A stretch of 64,000 nucleotides of DNA from Candidatus Levyibacteriota bacterium (GCA_016214555.1 JACROF010000016.1:633-64632); one strand, 5' to 3'; positions 48,715-59,157 are shown, counted from the stretch's first letter. The notes: generated by a model not told the origin, from the letters alone. A program made the numbers and translations.

Positions 48715-48784
48715 TTGCGGGGCCGGGGTTTCGAACCTGGACTGTTAGATTATGAGCCTAACGTGCACCTTACACTACCCCGCG
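48715..48784 (-). tRNA. tRNA-fMet(CAT), atypical initiator
   Basis: CGCGGGG/CCCCGCA with C1:A72 mismatch, loop CTCATAA; stem TTAGG/TCTAA. Confidence 0.8.
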
Positions 48785-48876
48785 CGTTATAAATTTCGTG
48801 GGAAATTTGGTCTGACCATTATAACAATTGATTTGATCGAGGTCAAACTGGTATACTTGTGAAGCTAAAAGAGTGG

Positions 48877-48950
48877 GGCAGGATGGCTCAGTCGGTTAGA
48901 GCACGGCATTCATAACGCCGAGGTCGTGGGTTCGATCCCCACTCCTGCTA
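48877..48950 (+). tRNA. tRNA-Met(CAT), probably elongator
   Basis: GGCAGGA/TCCTGCT acceptor, CGGCA-TTCATAA-CGCCG. Confidence 0.88.
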
Positions 48951-49281
48951 CTTATAGTTATGAGCTTCAATGAAGCTGGGGAAGAGGGGATAGGCTGGTC
49001 TATCAATCTAAATTGATTTTTAAAAACATAAATCTTCACAAAATAATACTCCAAAAATAATTAAAACTTTTTTAAAAAGTCCTTTCTTATCGAGGCAAAA
49101 AAAGATAAAAGAAGGGGATTAGTCTCAAAAAATAGTCAGAAGGATGTCAGGGAAGAGGAGAGGCCTATAACGAAAAAAATACGAATGATACACTATGATA
49201 TAGTTATTTCACGGATTTTGTAAGATTTTTCACGGGAACAGCAATAACACTATAAGACTGCTAAGTGTGGATAACTAGCTG

Positions 49282-49310
49282 TTGACGATAGATAAAATTG
49301 TATATATCAT
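49282..49310 (+). promoter_or_regulatory. Sigma70 promoter of guaB (probably leaderless)
   Basis: TTGACG-17 nt-TATCAT, 5 nt before ATG. Confidence 0.7.
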
Positions 49311-49315
49311 AGAGT

Positions 49316-50455
49316 ATGGACGCCAAAAATTTTCCTCAGGCTCTTACATTTGATGACGTTCTTCTCCTCCCAGGATTTAGTGAATTTTCAAGGAATGAGA
49401 TTTCGCTTTCAACTTCACTCACCCGGTCAATTGTTCTTGACTCCCCTTTTGTCTCCTCCCCTATGGATACCGTTACTGAGTCCCGTTTAGCCATAGCTTT
49501 GGGGCGTCTTGGAGGAATAGGTATTATTCATCGAAATCTTACCATTGAAGATCAGGCCGAGGAGACAGCCAAAGTAAAGAGACAGAAGCTTTTCGTGGGC
49601 GCAGCAGTGGGAGTTGGAAAAGGGTTTGAGCTTCGCGTTGAAGCTTTGGTCAAAGCTGGTGTTGATGTAGTCGTTATTGACTCTGCTCATGGCTTTGCAG
49701 CACCTGTTATAGCTGCTTTGAAATATATCAAATCTCGCTTCCCTTCCCTTGAGGTTATTGCGGGAAGTATTGCAACATTTGATGGGGCCAAAGCTCTTAT
49801 TAAGGCAGGAGCAGATGGACTAAGGGTTGGCATGGGACCTGGGGCAATCTGTACGACTCGAGTGATTTCAGGGATGGGTGTTCCACAAGTTACAGCACTT
49901 CTGGAGACTGTACGAGCGGCAAAGCCACACAATATTCCCGTTATTGCTGATGGAGGCATTAAATACTCAGGAGATATGGTTAAGGCTTTAGCATCTGGTG
50001 CGAGTACTGTTATGATGGGGAGTTTTTTTGCATCAACCCTTGAGTCTCCTGGCAAAGTTCACACACTCACCCGCTCTTCTGTCCCCCATCGTTTTCAAAG
50101 TATTTTAACTGCCAAAAAAACGTATAAATTCAAAGAATATCGTGGGATGGGATCAATCGCTGCAATGAAAAAAGGTGCCAAGATCAAGTCAGAAGACGAA
50201 TTTCATGGTAAAAGCTATTATAAAGACAGGGTACTTGTGGCAGAGGGCGTTGAGGGGTTGGTGCCTGTTAAAGGAACTGTGGAGAATCTTGTCGAACAAT
50301 CCATTGGTGGGATTAGATCTGGAATGTATTATGTTGGAGCAAAAACAATCCCAGAACTTTGGGAAAAAGCGCAGTTTATCCAAATAACACAAGCATCATT
50401 GACAGAGTCTCATCCTCATGACATCCTCATCACAAATGCTGGGGAGAATTATTAG
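49316..50455 (+). CDS. guaB: IMP dehydrogenase lacking CBS domains
   Basis: [36 protein letters not shown]. Confidence 0.93.
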   Translation: MDAKNFPQALTFDDVLLLPGFSEFSRNEISLSTSLTRSIVLDSPFVSSPMDTVTESRLAIALGRLGGIGIIHRNLTIEDQAEETAKVKRQKLFVGAAVGVGKGFELRVEALVKAGVDVVVIDSAHGFAAPVIAALKYIKSRFPSLEVIAGSIATFDGAKALIKAGADGLRVGMGPGAICTTRVISGMGVPQVTALLETVRAAKPHNIPVIADGGIKYSGDMVKALASGASTVMMGSFFASTLESPGKVHTLTRSSVPHRFQSILTAKKTYKFKEYRGMGSIAAMKKGAKIKSEDEFHGKSYYKDRVLVAEGVEGLVPVKGTVENLVEQSIGGIRSGMYYVGAKTIPELWEKAQFIQITQASLTESHPHDILITNAGENY

Positions 50456-51198
50456 CTTAGGATAAATTTTTCAATAACATCTGCAACGCCGTCCTCGTCA
50501 ACGCTTGGAGCAATGTAATCGGCAATTTCCTTGAGGTCATCAACTGCGTTTCCCATCGCAACTTTAAAACCACAAGCCATCAGGAGCGGAAAATCATTAT
50601 AGCCATCCCCTACTCCAATAATCTCCTCAGTTGAGATTCCAAGTGCTCTTGCCGCCTCAAGTATGCCGTGTTGCTTGGTTGCTTCACTGTGAGAGACAAG
50701 TACGCCTGTTAGGCCATTGTGCCAAGAGACATATTTGTTAACATGGAGTGTTGGAATCTTGTTTAATTCTTCATAAGCATTATGGGCACGGTCTAATTCG
50801 ACACCATCGGTAAAAATATTGACTGGTTTATTCATGTGGTATGAGTCTGTGTAAAAAATATCCTTATTTTCATCATGAATAGAAAAAGGGATTCTGTATT
50901 CCTGTAAAATACGAATAGCTTCAAAAAGTTCATTTTCAGGAATTAATTTTTCATAGAGAATTGCTCTCGTATTAAGATCTATGACCATGGCCCCGTCATT
51001 GATGATACTTGGGCCTGAGAGGTCTAAATGTTTGACAATGTCCTCAATCAAAAAAAGAGGTCTGCCTGTTGCGATACCGATATGGATGAGATCTTTAGCC
51101 TTTAAAATAGCCTTTCTAACTTTTTTACTGGGAAGGGTTTTTTCCTTACTTTTCGCGAGCGTTCCATCAACATCAACAATAAGCGCTTTATATCTCAT
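50452..51198 (-). CDS. Cof-type HAD hydrolase
   Basis: DVDGTL, ATGR, GDGYND, AMGNA. Confidence 0.92.
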   Translation of the reverse strand: MRYKALIVDVDGTLAKSKEKTLPSKKVRKAILKAKDLIHIGIATGRPLFLIEDIVKHLDLSGPSIINDGAMVIDLNTRAILYEKLIPENELFEAIRILQEYRIPFSIHDENKDIFYTDSYHMNKPVNIFTDGVELDRAHNAYEELNKIPTLHVNKYVSWHNGLTGVLVSHSEATKQHGILEAARALGISTEEIIGVGDGYNDFPLLMACGFKVAMGNAVDDLKEIADYIAPSVDEDGVADVIEKFILS

Positions 51199-51280
51199 GA
51201 AGTTTTGCTATTGTACAGGGTTTATTGTGCCCAGACAAGCATCAGTGAAAGATGTAAAACGTGCTACAATGTGAGCGATT

Positions 51281-53059
51281 ATGGATCAGGTAGCGCAGAT
51301 TCGAGAAAAAATAGACATCGTGTCTTTTTTGGCAGAATATATGACGGTGTCCAAAGCAGGACGTAATTTTCGTGCTCTTTGCCCTTTTCACAATGAAAAA
51401 TCACCGTCATTTATGATTTCTCCTGAAAGACAAGTTTGGCATTGTTTTGGGTGTGGGAAAGGCGGAGATATCTATACTTTTCTGATGGACTATGAACATA
51501 TCGAGTTTCCTGAAGCACTTCGAGTGTTGGCAAAGAGAGCTGGAGTAGAGCTTATTGAGTCAAAAGCTCAAGCGGGTATGTCATCCAAAAAAGAGCGCCT
51601 TTATTCCCTTAATGCTCTTGCGGCTGAGTATTATCATTATATTTTAACCAAACACAAGGTGGGGGGAAAAGCAAGGGAGTATCTTTTGGAAAGAGGGCTT
51701 TCTGAAAAGATTATTAACACATTTCAGCTTGGGTTTGCTCCCAATACAAAAACCTCTCTCACTACTTATCTTATAAGAAAGAAAAAATATACCATTGAGG
51801 ATCTTGCAGAGGCAGGGCTCATTTTTCAAAGAGGAAGAGACGCTATCGATTTTTTCAGAGGAAGACTCATGTTTCCCCTTGTTGATCATCGCGATAATGT
51901 CGTTGGCTTTTCAGGAAGAGTGCTTGATAAAGACGTAAAAACGTCAAAATATATCAATACCCGCGAGACACTTATTTACCATAAGGGAGAGGGGTTTTAT
52001 GGTCTCAATATCACCAAAGATGCTATTCGAAAAGCAGGCCAAGCGATACTGATGGAGGGTGAATTTGACGTAATTTCCTCTTTTCAGGAAGGAGTCTCAA
52101 ATGTTATTGCAGTAAAAGGCACGGCTTTGACTCCAGAGCAGGTTAACTTGATTGGTAGGTATGCTCAGAAGATTTCTTTCTGTTTTGACGGTGACAAAGC
52201 AGGTCAGGATGCTATTAAAAGAAGTCTTCCCCTTGTTGAAAAAAAGAATCTTAAGGCAACAATTATCCTCTTGCCCAATGGGAAAGATCCAGATGACGCG
52301 ATTAAGCAGAACCCTACAGGCTATAAGTTGGCGGTAAAAAAAGATATAGGAGTCTATGACTACCTTTTTGATCAAGCGCTTTTATCTGGCGATATTGCCT
52401 CAGCAGAAGGGAAAAAGGCAGTCGCAGATGCCTTTTTGCCTGTTATTGCTTCCATGACCAACGAGATCATCAAGGAACATTATCTGAGAAAACTTAGTTT
52501 GTCTCTTGAGACGACCTATGAGAGTATCAGTAAAGAGCTTGAGAGGCAGCAAAAAGCAGTCCTCAAAGAAAAAGTGCCAACACCTCCCCCTCCAATACGA
52601 AAGCAGTCAAGAGAAGAGATGCTTGAGGATTATTTAATCTCACTTATTATGCAGTTTCAGGCTCCAAATGCGGCTCTTGAAAAAATTTTTTCAATACTCT
52701 CCCCCACCAACGAGTCAGAAAAAGCATACCAAAAAATTCTCATTCATATGGTAGAGTATTTTAAAAAACACGAAGCATTTGATCAAAAACTATTTAGCGG
52801 CAGTCTTCCTCCAGAGCTTGTTTTTAGCTATAACAAAAGTCTTTTATTTCCCCTCCCGCCCCTTTTGACAAGTGAGGCATATCTTCGTGAGATAGAAAAA
52901 GTTGCAAGACAGATTCGGGAATTGTATCTTCGGGAAAGATTAAAAATAGTAGGCGCAGACTTAGCAAAAAAAGAAAAAGAAGAGGACAATGAGGCGGTTG
53001 AAGCTTTGACCAAAGAATACGGTTTGTTAATGGGGCTTCTGAAAAAGGGCAATCAGTAG
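51281..53059 (+). CDS. dnaG: DNA primase
   Basis: CPFHNEKSPSF..CFGC, KYINT, EGEFD, DGDKAG, KDPD. Confidence 0.97.
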   Translation: MDQVAQIREKIDIVSFLAEYMTVSKAGRNFRALCPFHNEKSPSFMISPERQVWHCFGCGKGGDIYTFLMDYEHIEFPEALRVLAKRAGVELIESKAQAGMSSKKERLYSLNALAAEYYHYILTKHKVGGKAREYLLERGLSEKIINTFQLGFAPNTKTSLTTYLIRKKKYTIEDLAEAGLIFQRGRDAIDFFRGRLMFPLVDHRDNVVGFSGRVLDKDVKTSKYINTRETLIYHKGEGFYGLNITKDAIRKAGQAILMEGEFDVISSFQEGVSNVIAVKGTALTPEQVNLIGRYAQKISFCFDGDKAGQDAIKRSLPLVEKKNLKATIILLPNGKDPDDAIKQNPTGYKLAVKKDIGVYDYLFDQALLSGDIASAEGKKAVADAFLPVIASMTNEIIKEHYLRKLSLSLETTYESISKELERQQKAVLKEKVPTPPPPIRKQSREEMLEDYLISLIMQFQAPNAALEKIFSILSPTNESEKAYQKILIHMVEYFKKHEAFDQKLFSGSLPPELVFSYNKSLLFPLPPLLTSEAYLREIEKVARQIRELYLRERLKIVGADLAKKEKEEDNEAVEALTKEYGLLMGLLKKGNQ

Positions 53060-53135
53060 CAATTTCACCTCATTTGTGGTACTATAGTCTCATGCATAAG
53101 CCCGAAAAAGTGTGGGCTTTTCTACGTTGGAAAAT

Positions 53136-54221
53136 ATGACTAAAGCAAAATCCACCAATATTTTAGACGACGTCGTCAACTCAGCCAAAAAGAGAGGATA
53201 TATTACCCAAGAAGAGATCTTGGGAATTTATTCAAAGCCTGAGGATCATATAGAAGAACTTGACTCCCTTTATGACAGACTAATAAAACTTGATATCGAT
53301 GTTTTTGAAAGCGTTTCTCAGGAGCAGGACGCGCAAAAGCCTATTGAGGACTTAGAAAAGGAGCTTGAAGCGCTAACTGTTTTGACTGAGGGGACTGTTT
53401 CAGATCCTGTCAGGATGTATCTTAAAGAGATTGGTCGAATTCCTCTTCTTACCTTCAATCAGGAAATTGAGCTTGCCAAAAAAGTAGAAAAAGGTGATGA
53501 TCAGGCAAAGCAAATGCTTATCAACTCCAATCTTCGATTGGTTGTATCTATTGCAAAAAAATATATCGGTCGAGGGCTTTCGCTATTGGATCTTATTCAA
53601 GAGGGCAATCAAGGACTTATTCGTGCCGTTGAAAAATACGATTGGCAGAGAGGCTTCAAATTTTCTACCTATGCGACCTGGTGGATTCGCCAGTCCGTAA
53701 CTCGTGCTATTGCAGATCAGGCACGAACCATTCGTATTCCAGTCCATATGGTTGAGAATATCAATAGGTTTTTACGTGCTTCCCGAAAGCTCATGCAGGA
53801 ATTGGGTCGTGAGCCAACGCCTGAGGAAGTAGCAGCGGTACTGGGTATTGAGCCTGAAAAAGCACTTGAGATCATCAAAATCTCTCAAAACCCAGCCTCT
53901 CTTGAGGCACCAGTTGGAGATGAGGAAGATAGTCGTCTTGGAGACTTTATTCATGATACTTCAGCCCCAACTCTTTTTGACTCAGCTTCTCGTGAACTCT
54001 TAAAAGAGCAGGTAGATCAAGTTTTGGGAACATTGTCAGACAGAGAGAGAAGAGTACTTGAGGAAAGATTTGGCCTTAAGGATGGACGTCCCAAGACCCT
54101 TGAGGAAGTGGGGCGGATGTTTGCTGTTACTCGTGAACGTATTCGACAAATTGAAGCCAAAGCTCTTCGCAAACTCCGCCATCCTTCCCGTGGTAATAAA
54201 CTCAAAGATTATCTTGGATAA
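53136..54221 (+). CDS. rpoD: RNA polymerase sigma factor RpoD
   Basis: [43 protein letters not shown]. Confidence 0.97.
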   Translation: MTKAKSTNILDDVVNSAKKRGYITQEEILGIYSKPEDHIEELDSLYDRLIKLDIDVFESVSQEQDAQKPIEDLEKELEALTVLTEGTVSDPVRMYLKEIGRIPLLTFNQEIELAKKVEKGDDQAKQMLINSNLRLVVSIAKKYIGRGLSLLDLIQEGNQGLIRAVEKYDWQRGFKFSTYATWWIRQSVTRAIADQARTIRIPVHMVENINRFLRASRKLMQELGREPTPEEVAAVLGIEPEKALEIIKISQNPASLEAPVGDEEDSRLGDFIHDTSAPTLFDSASRELLKEQVDQVLGTLSDRERRVLEERFGLKDGRPKTLEEVGRMFAVTRERIRQIEAKALRKLRHPSRGNKLKDYLG

Positions 54222-54225
54222 TCTT

Positions 54226-54438
54226 TTACTTCTTTCCACCACAAACTTTGCAATCACCCTTGTGAGTAACCAAAAGATAGACTGCTGATGCGCCAACGAG
54301 AACGTAAACAAACATTTCAAGAGCTGGCATTGATCCGAAAAGTGTTGTTACCAGATTAAAATTAAAGAGGCCAACAAGACCCCAGTTAACTCCTCCGATA
54401 ACTAGGAGTAGAAAAGCTACCATGTGGACAGTTTTCAT
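54226..54438 (-). CDS. DUF378 family membrane protein
   Basis: IGGVNWGLVG..NLV..YVLVG; GGAGGTGA SD. Confidence 0.85.
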   Translation of the reverse strand: MKTVHMVAFLLLVIGGVNWGLVGLFNFNLVTTLFGSMPALEMFVYVLVGASAVYLLVTHKGDCKVCGGKK

Positions 54439-54500
54439 AGTATTCACCTCCCTTCTCTTCTTAGTCTACAGGTAGGAGTGAATACATTGTCAAGGGGATG

Positions 54501-55115
54501 CTAGGCATGTTTTTTCTGCCAAACAAAAAGTGCGTAAGGAATAGTAGCAACAGCATTAACAATGGCTGAGAGGATAAAAAGAAGGCGAAAGCCATAGATT
54601 TCAGCGATAAATCCGCCAAGGGCTGCAGCAAGAGCAATTGCGATAAATGCCGTCGCATCAGCTAGTCCCCACTCAACTGTTGCTTTTTCTTTATCTAAGT
54701 GTTCTGCAAAAAGAGTGCCTTTGGCAGGTGATGAGATGCCAAAGCCTATGCCAGCGATCGCATAAAATACAAAAAGGTGAACGAGTGTTGAAGCCATGGC
54801 AAAACCTATATAGGCAACTGAGGTGAGTGCAATGCCTGAAATGGCATACATGAGTAATTTTCGATCTGATCCTTTAGAGACTATTCGTGAAATAACAAGC
54901 TCAACAATAACGCGAACAATGAGGTGAACACTGTAGGCCGAGGCTGCGATCTGGATTTGTCCCCCTGCAATATGTTGTGTGGCAAAAATGGCAAAGATCG
55001 GTGTCACAAAGTTCCAAGCAGCCCACAAAAAACTTTCGGAGATGATAAATGCTTTGACAATAGGGTTGATCTGAAAATGAGAAGGAGACTTACCAAGAAA
55101 AACTTCTTTAAGCAT
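54501..55115 (-). CDS. Half-size (about 6 TM) MFS-like transporter
   Basis: Six hydrophobic helices, GIGFG..PA, GGFIAEIYGFR. Confidence 0.7.
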   Translation of the reverse strand: MLKEVFLGKSPSHFQINPIVKAFIISESFLWAAWNFVTPIFAIFATQHIAGGQIQIAASAYSVHLIVRVIVELVISRIVSKGSDRKLLMYAISGIALTSVAYIGFAMASTLVHLFVFYAIAGIGFGISSPAKGTLFAEHLDKEKATVEWGLADATAFIAIALAAALGGFIAEIYGFRLLFILSAIVNAVATIPYALFVWQKKHA

Positions 55116-55166
55116 AGTTCCAGTCTAGCACAGAGGGGAAAAAAGAGGAGGGGTTAACTCTTAAGA

Positions 55167-55505
55167 CTAGGCAGTTTCTTCTTCAGAAGAAGTTTCAATC
55201 TCGAATCCAGGATCTCCCCGGTGAAGGTATCGGACGGTTCCTTCTTGGTGATTATAAACTATAGTCATAAAATGCTCTCCTTTTGTACTTACAGAAGACT
55301 GTGGGGCTTCGTATAGCCCCTCGTAGGTATCGCTGGTGCCATGCTGATCGGGTCTGGGTTGGTCATCTATATTTACTCCACCAAAGAGCCATCGCTCTAA
55401 TTCTCTATTTGCTCTATAGGGATCAACGGTGGAATGAGTTGGGGCTACGTCTGCAGTTGGGTTGACATCGTCAGTTAAAACCTCTGACTGGAGTCTTTCT
55501 GCCAT
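55167..55505 (-). CDS. Hypothetical acidic protein
   Basis: ORF starting MAERLQ. Confidence 0.5.
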   Translation of the reverse strand: MAERLQSEVLTDDVNPTADVAPTHSTVDPYRANRELERWLFGGVNIDDQPRPDQHGTSDTYEGLYEAPQSSVSTKGEHFMTIVYNHQEGTVRYLHRGDPGFEIETSSEEETA

Positions 55506-55611
55506 AGTCATTTTATAGCACGTCATAACAAGGAAAACAAGAGCTTATCTCTTCGGACGTAGCTATAGATTTTTGTACGTACTGATGCTAGAATATGCAG
55601 ACAATTTATAT

Positions 55612-55683
55612 TCCCCTGTAGCTCAATGGTAGAGCGCTTCGCTGTTAACGAAGATGTTCGGGGTTCGAGTCCCTGCGGGGGAG
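55612..55683 (+). tRNA. tRNA-Asn(GTT)
   Basis: TCCCCTG/CGGGGGA acceptor, CTTCG-CTGTTAA-CGAAG. Confidence 0.95.
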
Positions 55684-55730
55684 CAAAATAAAGCTTTTGT
55701 CTAGCCATATTAATCTGCTATTATTACTGC

Positions 55731-56159
55731 ATGAGTACGCTAAATCCTTGGATCAACTTCAACGGCAATGCAGAGGAAGCATTTGAATTTTATAAATCTG
55801 TCTTTGGTGGAGAGTTTTCAAAAGTGGTGCGTTTTAAAGATATCGCAAGTGATGAATTCCCTGTAGCAGAAAAAGAAGAAAATAAAATAATGTATATTGC
55901 ATTACCTATTGGTAGCAATACAATGCTTATAGCCAATGATGTCCCTGAAATTTTGGGACGAGTAAATGAGAACGAAAACAGGAGTAAAATTTTAGTACAT
56001 ACAGAGAGCAAAGAAGAAGCAGACAGATTATTTCATGGCCTCTCAAATGGAGGAGAGGTAGAGGGACCTATGGGAGATAGTCCATGGGGTTCATATGCGG
56101 GAATGTTCCGAGATAAGTACGGTATTGAGTGGATTATTGAATGTTCTCTTGATAAATAA
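55731..56159 (+). CDS. VOC family protein (PhnB-like)
   Basis: FNGNAEEAFEFYKSVFGG..WG..DKYGIEW. Confidence 0.9.
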   Translation: MSTLNPWINFNGNAEEAFEFYKSVFGGEFSKVVRFKDIASDEFPVAEKEENKIMYIALPIGSNTMLIANDVPEILGRVNENENRSKILVHTESKEEADRLFHGLSNGGEVEGPMGDSPWGSYAGMFRDKYGIEWIIECSLDK

Positions 56160-56160
56160 A

Positions 56161-56667
56161 ATGAGTAAATTAATTACATGCATTTGGTTTGCTAATAACG
56201 ACGGAGAAGAGGCAGCAAACTATTACATAGATACTTTCAATTCGGCTCCTGGCGATCACAGTGCGAGAATGGGAGATATCACAAAAAATCCTAAAGCAGT
56301 AGAGGAAGTTTCCGGAAGACCTGCAGGATCTGTTATGACAGCTGAATGCGAGCTTGATGGCATGAGCTTTATGTTTCTTAACGGTGGTCCTGTTGAGCAA
56401 TTCAAGCTTAATGGGGCAACGTCTTACATTATTGAATGTGAAACACAAGAAGAAATTGACTACTTCTGGGAGAAGCTCTCTGCTGTTCCTGAAGCAGAGC
56501 AGTGTGGGTGGTGTACGGACAAATTCGGTGTCACATGGCAGATAGCACCAAGAATTTTGGATGAATTGATGCGCGACCCTGAGAAAGCTGAAGCAGTAAC
56601 CGCCGTATTCATGTCAATGAAAAAGCTTGACCTTGAAGCAATCAGAAAAGCTGGCGAACAAAGCTAG
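56161..56667 (+). CDS. VOC family protein (3-dmu-9 3-mt like)
   Basis: CIWF..LNGG..QEEIDYFWEKL..CGWCTDKFGVTWQI..MKKLD. Confidence 0.9.
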   Translation: MSKLITCIWFANNDGEEAANYYIDTFNSAPGDHSARMGDITKNPKAVEEVSGRPAGSVMTAECELDGMSFMFLNGGPVEQFKLNGATSYIIECETQEEIDYFWEKLSAVPEAEQCGWCTDKFGVTWQIAPRILDELMRDPEKAEAVTAVFMSMKKLDLEAIRKAGEQS

Positions 56668-56696
56668 CAATATAACCTCACTGATATAATCGATTC

Positions 56697-57029
56697 ATGG
56701 CGAGTATAAAATTCAAAAGTGATAAATATAAAAAATCTCGTGGTGGGTATTCTCGTTTGTTAGATATTCAGTGTGGGAAATGCGGTAGGCATTTGCTTCT
56801 CTATCAAAAGGATGGCCCTGGAATATTAAAAAGAATGTATCTTGACCGAATTTTTGAATCAGATAAGTACTCCGGTCTTGAAAATAGTTCTCTTAAATCA
56901 ATTCCCCAGTTAATTTGTTCAGAGTGTAAAACTATAATTGGCATTCCCTTCATATACGAGAAGGAAAATAGATTAGCCTTCCGTCTTTTTGTTGGAGGAA
57001 TAGTCAAGAGAATTGTTAAGTCAAGATAA
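56697..57029 (+). CDS. Small basic protein with two CxxC motifs
   Basis: CGKC..YQKDGPG..CSEC. Confidence 0.75.
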   Translation: MASIKFKSDKYKKSRGGYSRLLDIQCGKCGRHLLLYQKDGPGILKRMYLDRIFESDKYSGLENSSLKSIPQLICSECKTIIGIPFIYEKENRLAFRLFVGGIVKRIVKSR

Positions 57030-57108
57030 AATAGTTTTAGTTTTATTAGACATAGCAAGATTTTACAACTTGTAAAAATACGGGTGAGGGTATAACATAG
57101 CAATAATT

Positions 57109-57498
57109 ATGGATGAACATCAACACCACCAAGATCTAATGCAATCTCTCTCTCAAGAATATTCAGATATTTTATCTAACTCCGAGCAGGGAGTGTATAT
57201 CTACCTTGATGATGCTCATAAAATTTGCAACGCAAATTTTGCATCACTTTTAGGTTATTCATCAGAAAAAGAGTGGACAATGATTGACAGCCCATTTCCA
57301 GATGCTTTTGTAGCAGAAGAGAGCCAAGAAGCGCTTATTTCATCATTTCAGGACGCAATGGAAAAAAATGTCGGCTCAACGCAAAGTGTTGTCTGGAAGA
57401 AAAAAGATGGTAGCACTATCGAATCAACAGTCATTCTCGTTCCTATTGCTCATCAAGGACACACTTTTGCTCTTCATTTTGTATCAGGTAAGGTTTAG
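57109..57498 (+). CDS. Standalone PAS-like domain protein
   Basis: NANFASLLGYS and WKKKDGS PAS/PAC hallmarks. Confidence 0.7.
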   Translation: MDEHQHHQDLMQSLSQEYSDILSNSEQGVYIYLDDAHKICNANFASLLGYSSEKEWTMIDSPFPDAFVAEESQEALISSFQDAMEKNVGSTQSVVWKKKDGSTIESTVILVPIAHQGHTFALHFVSGKV

Positions 57499-57644
57499 TA
57501 GATGGCTACAGAGAACGCTTACTATGCAAAAATTGTTTAACAACTCCCCTTTTCTTTTGGCAGGTATTAATTTTATTCTCTCCTAATACTGTTTTAGATA
57601 TGTTGTATGTTACAGTAGAGTTAATGCAAAAAGGATTTGTCTTT

Positions 57645-58343
57645 ATGCGATACATCCTTGTAGTTATTCTGATAGCGGCCGTTGTCGTTTTTGTATTATT
57701 CAAAAATCATAAAGGGACTCAACCGGTTATCACGGCAAATTTTATTGATCTAGAAAAGGTTGAGAAAATCTCCAAATTTCGAAGTTGCCAGGGACATATA
57801 GTGGTTCCTCAGGATGAGAGTGAGACAAGGCGCAATATGAAGCATTATGTTGTTTTAAAACCAGAATTTTTTGGTGGTGGCAAAGCAGAGATCTACTCTC
57901 CAATTGACGGTGTTATAAAAAGTATTGGGGAGAGGCCTGAGAAAGGACTGGAGGGTGAGATTTGGCTAGGAAATGCCAATAACGACTGGGATATCAGTAT
58001 TCAACATCTATTTATCTTACCTAATTTGACAGAGGGTCAGAAAGTTAAGGCAGGTCAGAAAGTCGGTATGGCTGCTGATAAGGGGATAGATGTGGTTTAT
58101 GGAATTGGAGCAAAGGAAGTAAAAATGATTGAGGGATATCAGTCGCCTTATTCAGCGCTAGACTCAATTTTTAATCATGCAAGCGCGGCAGTTTTGACAG
58201 AATATGAGGCAAAAGGTGTCTTGCTTGCGGATTTAATGTATAGCAAGGAGTTCCGTGATCAAAATCCCTGCATGCTTGAGGGGAATGGAAGTCAATTAAA
58301 CGATCACGATCATCCTGAAGACTGGGCAATGCTACATGAATAA
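57645..58343 (+). CDS. Secreted protein with M23-peptidase-like fold
   Basis: N-terminal TM; IYSPIDG, QHL, GQKVKAGQKVG. Confidence 0.6.
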   Translation: MRYILVVILIAAVVVFVLFKNHKGTQPVITANFIDLEKVEKISKFRSCQGHIVVPQDESETRRNMKHYVVLKPEFFGGGKAEIYSPIDGVIKSIGERPEKGLEGEIWLGNANNDWDISIQHLFILPNLTEGQKVKAGQKVGMAADKGIDVVYGIGAKEVKMIEGYQSPYSALDSIFNHASAAVLTEYEAKGVLLADLMYSKEFRDQNPCMLEGNGSQLNDHDHPEDWAMLHE

Positions 58344-59157
58344 AGGACTTACTAGCTTGTTAATTTCAATTATCATTTTCGTGGTTGTTGTCGGATTTAT
58401 TTTTTTAAAAAATTTTAATATATTGCCCACTCAACTAAGCATTGTTAACAATCAAAAAAGTGCAGAGGTAAGTTGGCAATTTGGAGATGGAAAGTGGAGT
58501 GCTAGCGGCAACCCGCCTGAATGTCCTAGTCCACTAACTTTTCCAGCACCTGTAGATATCAGTTTGGTAAGCGGAATTTTATATCCCGGACAAGAACGAG
58601 GGAGTGACTACAAGCCACATGGTGGATTCCGATTTGACAATCGTGACAACAACATTCAAGTGAGAGCGATTATGGATGGGTATATATTAAAAGCCTCACG
58701 GTACGAAGATTTTGGTGGCGAAATACAAAACTTTTTGTTTTATGTAAATGATTGTGGGATTATGGTCATGCACGATCATTTATTGATACTCTCACCTAAG
58801 CTTCAAGCAGTGTTTGACAAGCTGCCTCTTAATAAAAATGGGGACTCAAGAACCACATATATATCACCAAAGGTGTATATCAAAAAAGGTGAAGTACTCG
58901 CTTTAAAAATAGGCTATGAAAAATTCCCTGGTGGGTACAAAAACAAAAATGTTTTTGTCGATTTTGGATTATACGATCTAAGAAAAACAAATGGGATTGA
59001 TTATAATTCTTTATTTCTCGCAAAACATCCAAATATCAATGAGTATGGAAAATACGCAGTTTGTTGGTTTGATTATCTTTCTATTGAAGATGAGGCTACT
59101 GTCCGAAACCTCCCAGCTAGCGGAAATGAAGGGAAAATGAGCGATTACTGTAAATAG
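58336..59157 (+). CDS. Secreted protein with M23-peptidase-like fold
   Basis: KPHGGFRFD, VRAIMDG, DHL, IKKGEVLA. Confidence 0.6.
   Translation: MNKGLTSLLISIIIFVVVVGFIFLKNFNILPTQLSIVNNQKSAEVSWQFGDGKWSASGNPPECPSPLTFPAPVDISLVSGILYPGQERGSDYKPHGGFRFDNRDNNIQVRAIMDGYILKASRYEDFGGEIQNFLFYVNDCGIMVMHDHLLILSPKLQAVFDKLPLNKNGDSRTTYISPKVYIKKGEVLALKIGYEKFPGGYKNKNVFVDFGLYDLRKTNGIDYNSLFLAKHPNINEYGKYAVCWFDYLSIEDEATVRNLPASGNEGKMSDYCK

Noticed and set aside
44340-48950. Prophage or ICE bounded by tRNA-Ile and tRNA-Met
   Set aside because: No att duplication or phage structural/replication genes seen; the segment includes a core ftsB-like gene
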